Assembly (NCBI GenBank): GCA_004764695.1
Contig: SMSO01000032.1
Location: forward strand, 8,712,483 to 8,776,482
DNA from: Schizochytrium sp. TIO01
Lineage: Eukaryota > Protista > Bigyra: Labyrinthulomycetes
Length of the DNA: 64,000 nt
Reading direction: 5' to 3'
Position 1 is the stretch's first letter; the number at the start of each line of letters is the position of its first letter. The translations under genes were made by a program, and so were the position numbers. Of the stretch, positions 47,767-57,018 are shown piece by piece. Below the pieces are notes generated by a model. The model saw nothing but the letters and a program-made list of their open reading frames with translations, did not search any database and had not been told where the DNA came from.

Positions 47767-49028
47767 GCAGATCTTTCTCTCTTATATGACTTTACTACGA
47801 CTTTGACACGCGTAGAGGTAAATCGTTTATCAAATTTTCATACATCCATTGCATCTCTCTCACTCTCAAGAGTGCTTTATTTCGGTGGAAAATATATATA
47901 CTGCTCTTGTCTTGTCCCGTGAACTATCAATGCCATGCGTTTTATCTTAGTCAAGTGTGCTTAAATACTTTGGTAGGATATAGCACATTCCTATTTCAGT
48001 TATTTCGGTATCTCTAGCAGAGTGCCATGTAGAGACATCATTTGCTTTCTCCTTAATTCATTCTGCACTTGGAGATGTGCATTGGTATATCCCCATCGAA
48101 AGAATTATTTACGAAGGATGCGCACCATTCTTCGAGTTGGATGTGCTACCTATATGAGTGCGCAAAGTTCTTATTTCGTGCATAGGTTTATTCTTATACA
48201 ACGTCACCATGGCCAAATGATTACAAATTAATGTATAACATGGCGCACCCTATGGTGGCTGTGTATGATATAACAACTTTGATCTGAAGCAGTTAGCATA
48301 ATCCTGCAGAACTGATTTTTTTCTTTCCGGATTCTTGATACTTGATTATTTGGTAAAGGAAGATATCAATCTATGACCAATCGTTTAAAGCAAGCAAAAT
48401 ATCTTCAACAACTAATCTCTCAAGTCATGTATCTATGCCTGAAATTTCATTCATTTGAACCATACAAAAATCCTTCACATGAATACGATTGATTGAAGTA
48501 GGATCACTCGCCAAGTATTATCCCCTCGTCCCTCCTCTCCCCCCCAAGTTTCTCCGTACCTATGATAGAGCACTATCTCCCCCACTGAATTCCACACGGA
48601 ATTCCCAAGTTTGCTCCTCAAAGTTCTCGTCTCTACTCCTAGGCACCTCAATATCTAGCTATTATGACGATAGCCTCAAGCCTCTGGACCCTTTTCTAAA
48701 ATATAACATGCATTGCAAATTTTGCAACTCGATCACTCTAACACGTGAGTTGTACGGGATGTAGAGTGTATACCAGCTTCTACGACTCGGGGACAATAAC
48801 CTTGCGAAGAGGAACCATCACAGCGATTAAATTGAAGCATCAAACCTGCAAGAACAAACTCTGTGTATTATTATGCATATCTTCACATAGGCACACGAAT
48901 CGAAAGAAGGAAAGAAAGTAATAAATAATGAATTGAAGATCAAATCCAAATCCGTATCCTTCTCTTGCCTTCGTCGCGTACGCTAGGTCTTTGCGTTTGC
49001 GGCTTCGGTCTCAACGGCGTCAGCAGCG

Positions 49029-50354
49029 ATGGCAGACGACGGCATGGACGCGATGGGCTCGGGCGCGGACGCGCTTGATCGTGATGTGGATGACGGTCTG
49101 GACTTGGATGACAGCGATGGCGGCGACGGTAGCAACGGCGGTAATGGCGGCGACGGCAGCAACCTAAAGCAAGCTCTTAGCCTGAACAGGCCGCGCATCC
49201 TTCTTATGGGACCTCGCAGGTCAGGAAAGACATCAATCCAGCGGGTTCTGTTTACGAAAATGTCTCCGCACGAGACGCTCTTTCTGGAGACGACCAACTC
49301 GCTGTCTATCAAATTCGTTGCGAACAATCCATTTGTGCAGTTCGAGATCTGGGATTTCCCAGCGGATTGCTCGCTAGAGGAGGGGGTTGCATTCGAGGAC
49401 CAGAGGCTCAGTGCAGACCTTATCTTCGGTAACTGTGCGGCTCTTGCTTTTATCATTGACGCTCAGGATGACCCTACTACTGCCCTTGGGAAACTTCATG
49501 AGGTCGTCACCGTTGCGCGTGAGGTGAACCCGGACATGAATTTTGAGATTTTCATTCACAAGGTTGACGGAGATCTATTCCTCAGTGAGGACCACAAGCT
49601 TGAGGTGCAGCGTGAGATTCAGGAGCAGGTCGAGCTTGAGCTCGAGGAAATTGCGAGCTCTGACACAGAGATCACGCTTAGTTTCTATCTTACGAGCATT
49701 TATGATCACTCTATTTTTGAGGCCTTTAGCAAAGTCGTGCATAAGCTGATTCCCCAGCTCCCTGCCATGGAGAACCTGCTTAACATTCTGATCGCGTCCT
49801 GTGAGATCGAGAAGGCATTCCTCTTCGATGTGGTCTCCAAGCTGTATATTGCCACTGACCACAACCCGGTGGATATTTCCAGTTATGAGCTTTGCAGCGA
49901 CATGATTGATGTTGTCATTGACACCTCTTGCATCTATGGCATGGACTCGGGTGCTCCGCTTACGGCTAGTGGTGCTGCTCTTGAGGCGCCCCTCGACGAC
50001 GAAGATAGCGAAGCAAAGTTCGAGGCAGCCGATGGCGGCTTTGACGGAAACGATGGATTGGACAACGGAGAAGATTTTGATGCCGATGGACAGGTCATTG
50101 ATGACGAGGTAGATCACAACAATGAAGACCAAGTCCACGGTCAGAAACGTGAGGACCTTGCATTCGATCGTCAGTCGGCCTCTCTCATCAGACTCAACAA
50201 TAACATGATCCTCTATCTCAGGCAAGTCGCAAGCTATCTGGCACTTGTATGCATTGTGCGTTCCCAGAACTATGAAAAGCAGGGACTTATTGATTACAAC
50301 GTAGAATGCTTTCGCAAGGCACTCGAGGAACTTTTCCGCCCGCCCACGAACTAA
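49029..50354 (+). CDS. RRAGC: Rag GTPase C/D (Gtr2 orthologue)
   Basis: [70 protein letters not shown]. Confidence 0.95.
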   Translation: MADDGMDAMGSGADALDRDVDDGLDLDDSDGGDGSNGGNGGDGSNLKQALSLNRPRILLMGPRRSGKTSIQRVLFTKMSPHETLFLETTNSLSIKFVANNPFVQFEIWDFPADCSLEEGVAFEDQRLSADLIFGNCAALAFIIDAQDDPTTALGKLHEVVTVAREVNPDMNFEIFIHKVDGDLFLSEDHKLEVQREIQEQVELELEEIASSDTEITLSFYLTSIYDHSIFEAFSKVVHKLIPQLPAMENLLNILIASCEIEKAFLFDVVSKLYIATDHNPVDISSYELCSDMIDVVIDTSCIYGMDSGAPLTASGAALEAPLDDEDSEAKFEAADGGFDGNDGLDNGEDFDADGQVIDDEVDHNNEDQVHGQKREDLAFDRQSASLIRLNNNMILYLRQVASYLALVCIVRSQNYEKQGLIDYNVECFRKALEELFRPPTN

Positions 50355-50800
50355 TCTTGCGCGTGTCGCATGTGCAAACATAAAATACTTACATAGATAC
50401 ATACACCTACATAACCTAAAGACAAGTAAAAATGTGACGATGATACTCTCTCTACCAAGTCCTGATTGTATACGTGCAACAGCAATCATTACAGAAGCTT
50501 TGGTCGCAAGAAACTTTTTGTTGCATATAGTACGATATTTATTTGCATGTCAAAGTACAAAATAGTTAATGCATATATACTAATGCATATATTTCATCTA
50601 ATCACAATGTGGTCGGCCCTCCCTGCTGCTAGCCTCTAGCCTATCACTCTTTCGAGCTGGGAATTGAAAATACCAAAGGTATATAAAAAGGTCTTCTTCC
50701 TCTTTTCTCCTACTTTTTCAACATTTAAGGCAGTAATGCACAAGGTTCAGTCAAACTCACTCTCGCCTCCAACTCTGCATGACGCGAAAAGTCCTGTTCC

Positions 50801-52324
50801 TTACGATGAAGACACATGTTCCTCAGGGTTAATGGCAGAGATGACAGTATAACTCAGCGCAATGCATGCAAATACTAAGCATGTGTAGCAGTAGAATGGG
50901 TGGCTAAAGTGCCAGGAATAGAAAGTCACCTTGCATTCCGGGACAAGGCGGCGGGACTGCAACTGCATGGTGGGAGGAATGAAGAAGGCAATCACAAAGG
51001 CGGAAACACCCACAAGAGTAAGCATAAACGATACATCAGCCATGAACGCAGCGCAAAAAATCGCTGGCGCTGTGGCTCCCAAGTAGAAAACTCTTTTCGG
51101 CATACCAGTACCAGGGCGAGGAGACTCGCCACCAGGACCGCAGTATCTCGCATGGTGCCAACCATTACCGAGGGTGATGGCATACAAGGGAAAGGCAGCA
51201 CCGCAAGTTACGGCAGGGTAGAGACGCACGTAGTAAGAAATGGCTGTTGCGAAGGGACCAGCGCTGAGAGCACCGGCCGTATAATCCTGCCAGTTCAAGG
51301 TGATGAGCTTGTTAACAGGACGAGGAGTGGGAACATCGTCATGGACGCCGAAGAAAATTGCACACATGACACCGAGCATCAGGTAAAGGGTTGTGGTGGT
51401 GCAAATGACACTAACAAAGACCGGTCGAACAATATCCCGGCGCTGAGGAATAAAAGATAAAAGAGGTACTCCATGGTGGCAAAGCTGTGCAAATACAAAA
51501 GTACCAAAGACAGCACCAAAACTCGAGGCGTTAAAGACTTCAAGGGAGGTATCAATCGATGCCAGACCATCTTCTGGAATGGCAACGGCAACGGTGAGCA
51601 CCATCAGGAAGAGAGCGAAGAGGCCAATGCTGGTGAAGAGGAGCTGAAGCACCTTCATTTTTGCGAGATCTGTCTGCACTAGCACAGACATGATGCAGGC
51701 AAAAATCCCAAGATAGATGAGGTAGTCCATCCAGCATTCACGGTGCGGGTAGTTCCAAAGGAATCCCTTGGCCGATGAAATGTCGCAGACCTTGCTGTCA
51801 GAGAGAATGGGAACAGTCTTTGCAAGTGAGATGCTAAAGATCGAAGCATACATCCAGGCGCTGCTCAAGACAAAGAGTGTAAGCGCAACCTCATACAGAG
51901 TGCGCGTCTTGCGACCGATAAACAGCTCACACATCGTGCTATATTCAACAATTCCAGAGGTTCCCTTGAAGCAGTTTGCACGTTCCTGGCATTCGAGTAC
52001 CCAGACCATGGAGAACAAGCCAAGCACACTGGAAATGACAAGGAGAATTGAAGACGCGATGATTCCACCGTGAGCCACGGCATATGGAATACCAAGCACG
52101 CCAGCGCCAAAAATGTAATTTACAGTGAACGCAAAGAGCAGTACCGCTTGGTACATTACAGATGTCTTTGGCTGTTGCTGTTCTTGGTGGTGGTCAATTG
52201 CGTCATCCCCGTTGTTAAGATTATCATCATAGCACGCGAGCTCCTCCGAAGTTTGCTCCTGCGAGCCAAGCAGTCTCTCCTCCAGCCCATTCTGTGCACC
52301 GTTTTCCACAGAGTTGCGAGGCAT
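50801..52324 (-). CDS. Amino-acid/auxin permease (AAAP/SLC38) family transporter, TMEM104-like
   Basis: About 11 hydrophobic segments; NYIFGAGVLGIPYA, FVFAQLCHHGVP, FPLYAITLGNGW; N-terminal EERLL dileucine-like motif; ATG at 52324. Confidence 0.88.
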   Translation of the reverse strand: MPRNSVENGAQNGLEERLLGSQEQTSEELACYDDNLNNGDDAIDHHQEQQQPKTSVMYQAVLLFAFTVNYIFGAGVLGIPYAVAHGGIIASSILLVISSVLGLFSMVWVLECQERANCFKGTSGIVEYSTMCELFIGRKTRTLYEVALTLFVLSSAWMYASIFSISLAKTVPILSDSKVCDISSAKGFLWNYPHRECWMDYLIYLGIFACIMSVLVQTDLAKMKVLQLLFTSIGLFALFLMVLTVAVAIPEDGLASIDTSLEVFNASSFGAVFGTFVFAQLCHHGVPLLSFIPQRRDIVRPVFVSVICTTTTLYLMLGVMCAIFFGVHDDVPTPRPVNKLITLNWQDYTAGALSAGPFATAISYYVRLYPAVTCGAAFPLYAITLGNGWHHARYCGPGGESPRPGTGMPKRVFYLGATAPAIFCAAFMADVSFMLTLVGVSAFVIAFFIPPTMQLQSRRLVPECKVTFYSWHFSHPFYCYTCLVFACIALSYTVISAINPEEHVSSS

Positions 52325-55096
52325 CTTTCCAAGGCTATTTATGAACAAGTCGCGCACGAGTCAAATCACAGCCAAACTCAAGGTCGCTTCCGAGCTTTTC
52401 CGACCGGAACGAGGTCTCTCCAGGTCTCTCCACGGCCCCTGGCCTCTTCAACCTAGGCTCGCAAACGCCCTGTCGCCCCAGCTCCAGTTTATGGCGACGT
52501 GTCAGTGCCAAGCGTACCTCGTGCAATTTGATTCGATGTGTTATGATATGATGTCGCACAATACATAGAGATAACGCGATGCAAAGCAGACTTTGATTCC
52601 TTTCTTTCATTCGCCCCTCATGATTCTCTTCTTCTTCAAAAAAACAAAAAATTAAAAATTAAAAAATTAAAAACTATACATATATCTGCACATATAAATA
52701 CCTAGCTAGTCAGGTAGCTAGCTAGGTAGCTAGTACCTTTTCATCTCATAACTTTCTTTCTTTCTTTCAACCCGATCAAAATATTTTAGTCAAAATGAAA
52801 AGTAAATGAAACACCGAAAGAAAGAAAACTAAAGAAGATATTGGCAAACAAAAAGAAAACAAAGACCAGAAATGAGAGAAGAGAAGGGCGCTCCAGAGTG
52901 CAGGAAATGCCGCCTCCAGGCCAGACGTTCTGGTGCTTGCCTGCTACTTACGCTCAAGACCTCCGGACCTCGAGGCTGCAGAAGCTAGCTCTGTCAAATA
53001 TGTAGGAGCGGGTCTCCATTTGCGAAGGATCGAGCGGCGAACCCCGAAAGGCCTCGCGCCAAAGCCTTACGTCGTGGTCTGAAAGCAATCGAAGAGACGA
53101 TAGAAGCCGAACAAGAACATATTTAGAACACGAAAGAACACATCTGGGGGTTGCTAGCGTTATTGTTAGGAGTTGGCGCGCGGCGATTACTGATTGGATT
53201 TAAGTCTTTGGATAGGACCTGGCTAGGGTAGGTAGGAACTAGTAGGCTCAATAGGAGGAGCGTCAGAGCGTTAAAATATAGTTACCCAAGCTATAGAACT
53301 TGTTTCTGACCCGGTTGACGTTGATGATGGGGACGATAACTATGGCACAAACGTTACGAAGAAAGACATATAGTCGAAGAGTCCGAGGGGTTCAATTTGG
53401 GCGTTGCGGAAAAGAACTCCGTTGTATGAGCTGTCCGTAGTAAATAACTAGATAGCTGATGTACCTTGGTTGTAAGTAGGCGAAATGCAGAAACGTAATT
53501 TAGGGGCTGATATTTAGGTCATCAGTGACAGCGATTATTCGTCCAAGCAAGCAAATGTATCTATTTCTTCAAGGTTCTTTAAGTTTATAGTATTTTGAGC
53601 AGGAATGGAAAGGGTTCTGGCTTGGTTTTAACGACTATTCTAGATTTAAAACAAAATCAACTTTAAATTGAAAAGTAAAACGAAGCTTGAAGTAGCAGAA
53701 AGTATGTTTGTGTTGCAACCTGTACAACATCTTATTGCAATAAATGTTGTTTGGGAATCTTTGAGTTTAGATGAATCCGCACAAATAAGGAGAAAGTCAT
53801 GTCGCTATCACCAGGATGATATGTGTAGGTTTGTAGAGAATGTGTGGCAGCGTAGTATGGAATGTTCCATACCTAGCACGGTTTTGCAGCTTAGTAATGC
53901 TTCTATGTCTACGACCATAGTAGATTACCCAACATTGCAAAACATGGGTTTCCAAAGCCTACGGTAACTAGCGATGCTTTCATCCAATCCTTTGTAAGAC
54001 TTACTATTGGCTAATTGGAAGAAAAACTCCATCATTCCTGCTGATATTAAAACTTGGCTTATGCTGGTGACACGTATTGAATGACTTCGTCATACAAGCA
54101 TATCAGTAACTTCTAATATAATAATTTTACCAGATAGCCAAGCCCTCATATCATCGAGGTCCTGGGAGGCTTTTCGAATGACGCATCGGAGTGTAGTAAC
54201 GTCCAACCTATCCGATAGGCTCATGTCGTTCACCACATTAATTAGGCTGCATTGGTTTGGCTGCTCCGTGCACAAACTAAATACCAGGTACTATCTATTA
54301 CTTACTGTACTCAATCCTAATAAATCCCTATACCGGTGTAGAATAGATGTCCGCGGCGGCCTCAAAGAACTCCCTAGATTGAACCTAGAGTACCCATCCA
54401 AAGGGTAAAACAGCAGAAGCACCACTAAGTATCTGGAAAATGATCTCTGCGGCGAACATCAGAACGAGTCAGCCGCGTGGAGAACTGAACTTTTAGCGAT
54501 CTTTGATGTTGGTTGTGGCCTTAGTTCGAGTTGGAGGATTGAAGCACAGTTTGGGACATCATTTTTTAGGTTTTAGGTGTGCACCTGCTGTGGTCACCGT
54601 AGCTGGATGTGTACTATAGTATTCTCTAGCAAGGTATTATGAGCTAGAGCACTGACTGCGCGTGCAGGAGCAGCATAGTACCTGGTGCTAATAGTAAGTT
54701 TGAGGTCCAGTTTGGAGCAAGAGTTAATGACACAACTCACAAGTCAGCGAAGCTTGTAAGCTTTGCGATCACTTTGAGCACGCAAGTTCAGACACTCTAA
54801 CCTTGGGCGAAAGTCTTGGCGCAGAAGCGTAGCTCGGCGAAAGCAGAAACAAAGTGGTGCAGCGGTGAGTGCCAGCAAACTCGCAACCTCAGACTCTCAG
54901 AACAGAAAATAGACGTCGAAGTTACAGGAGCTCCCGTGTTGTGTCGGCCTGTTGTGGTCATCAGACAGCACGGTACTACTTCTGCCTGGCGAAAGGAAAC
55001 GCAGTCGCAATTTCGTTCTTTATCAAAAAGAATTTAGGCAGCAGCAGCAGCTGCGAAGACGAGGTGAACGATAGTCGCCAGAGTCAAAGCGCAAGC

Positions 55097-56398
55097 ATGC
55101 CAAACAAGAATCAGATTTCTGTTGAAGTGAATGAACATGGCGATGTGAGCAGGATGATCAACCCATCTCAAAAGTTCATCAAAGACTGGGAACAATGCGA
55201 GAACAAAGTGCATATGAAGTTGGTGTATGTTCGATACATCGCAGATGTGGATACAGTCGCCCAAACCTTCAGTGTAGCGATTGGCTTTGACATGAGCTGG
55301 AAATCCTCAGCGCAGGATGTAAAGCGTTGGAAGAGTGACCCTCTCAATTTTAAACCAGACTTTATCCCCAACTTTGAATTTCCAAACGCAAAGGAAGAAA
55401 CTATGGAGCGTCGCGAACAAGAGAACGGCAACCCCTTCAAGATTGATATCATTGATGGTGAGCCTTACAATTTTCTCAGAACACTAGTGTACCTCACGTG
55501 CATGGAGCGTTTTGAGCTCTCTAGCTTTCCCTTCGATGTGCAAGAGCTTACGGTGACAATGGACACATCATTTTTCCCTGTCCAAAAGTCTATGTTTGTT
55601 CCACACCTAAACGCTCTTAGTATTGATGAGGATGCTGGTCTACATGGCGGCAACGAACCCATTCAACATGGCCAACCCAACGATGGAACTCTTCTGATTC
55701 TGAATCGGGCCTTTTGTGCTATTCCAGAATTTCGTGCTACTCGTGTTGTCCTGGAATTTGCTTCGCGTTCCAGTCCAGGTGATGAGGACAAAGAAGATGC
55801 ATTCAGGTGGTCTCAGGTTGTTATTCGATTTCAGCTTGAGCGTCGCTCAGAAGGGTATCTATGGCGCATTGCTTTCCTAAGCGTCCTACTTGCTGTTACA
55901 GCAATGAGTGCATTTGCTTTGAACGTGGACGACCTATCTGATCGGCAAGGGTTGCTCATTACCCTTATTCTCGCTAGCGTGGCGTTTCAATACGTTGTTC
56001 AAAGCGGCCTTCCTGCAGTGCCTTACATCGTCCTCTTGGAGAAGCTAACAATCGCTACTTTTACATCAAATGTAGTTCTCATGCTACTTGTTAGCCTCTT
56101 AAGCACGAATTTTATTACAAGCGATGAAGACACCCGTGATAGGATTGATACCTACTTTGCTATTGCGTACATTGTATGGTTGATCTTCTCTGTGGGCTCT
56201 TTCTTCCTCTATGGTATATACTGCCGTAAGGTGGAACGGGAAAAGCTCAGAATGGGAGCCTTGGCTCTTCGTGACCATAACCATGATGATAAAGAAGACT
56301 CTGCTGTTTTAGTTTCTGGGACTGGCTTTCTTCAGGAATCAGTCACAAGACCGTCAGCTGGAATAGATGGCTTTGTGTCATTTGCTGGAAAGAAATAG
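55097..56398 (+). CDS. Cys-less (Pro-loop) pentameric ligand-gated ion channel subunit
   Basis: I.DVDTVAQTF, P..EFPNA, FELSSFPFDVQ loop, LERR..YLW pre-M1, DR...ITLIL..VAF M2, LP.VPY...LEK M2-M3, four TM helices. Confidence 0.9.
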   Translation: MPNKNQISVEVNEHGDVSRMINPSQKFIKDWEQCENKVHMKLVYVRYIADVDTVAQTFSVAIGFDMSWKSSAQDVKRWKSDPLNFKPDFIPNFEFPNAKEETMERREQENGNPFKIDIIDGEPYNFLRTLVYLTCMERFELSSFPFDVQELTVTMDTSFFPVQKSMFVPHLNALSIDEDAGLHGGNEPIQHGQPNDGTLLILNRAFCAIPEFRATRVVLEFASRSSPGDEDKEDAFRWSQVVIRFQLERRSEGYLWRIAFLSVLLAVTAMSAFALNVDDLSDRQGLLITLILASVAFQYVVQSGLPAVPYIVLLEKLTIATFTSNVVLMLLVSLLSTNFITSDEDTRDRIDTYFAIAYIVWLIFSVGSFFLYGIYCRKVEREKLRMGALALRDHNHDDKEDSAVLVSGTGFLQESVTRPSAGIDGFVSFAGKK

Positions 56399-57018
56399 AT
56401 TTCCATCCTATTACATCGTCTATATTTGTTTGCTTCCTTCAAATGAAAACACATTTTAGCAGCATCCAAGATCCGACGCTTGATTTGTAAGTTTGGTCTA
56501 TCGCTCATTAGCAAGAGTACAACTTTATGTATTAAAGTGAATGCGTGATGAGAGCCCATCTGCAAATAGCTACTGCATTTGTTTGTGTGCTTCTTGGCCC
56601 TAAAAGATCCTCCGTTCAAGTGAGAAGATAGTTGATATCACACAGTAAATGCACGAATTAACGTACTTAATTCACTATTCAATTGGTTTCTAACTTTTTT
56701 TCTTTTTTCTTTTTCCAAATTTGAATGTCGTGCATGCATTGTATTGAACAGCTTTAAATCAATTTGGATGCCTTGTTTTCGCGGTCCTCTGGGCTTTGTG
56801 ATGCCAAACATTGTAAATACTACCCTCCAAAAAGTTGATGACATTCAATTTCATCTTTTGTTTTATCCGAGGAGAAAATGATATTTTATTCATGAACGGA
56901 TCAATTTTTTTTTTGTAAATGTTTTACACAGTTATAATTCGTAGTTCTTATAATCAAAATACCAATGTCGGTCCCGGAACTCTAGCGTGGCATGACTTGA
57001 CGTTGCACGGATGCCACT

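Noticed and set aside
49575-50489. 304-aa antisense ORF over RagC/D
   Set aside because: Shadow frame of a codon-biased gene; no recognisable motifs
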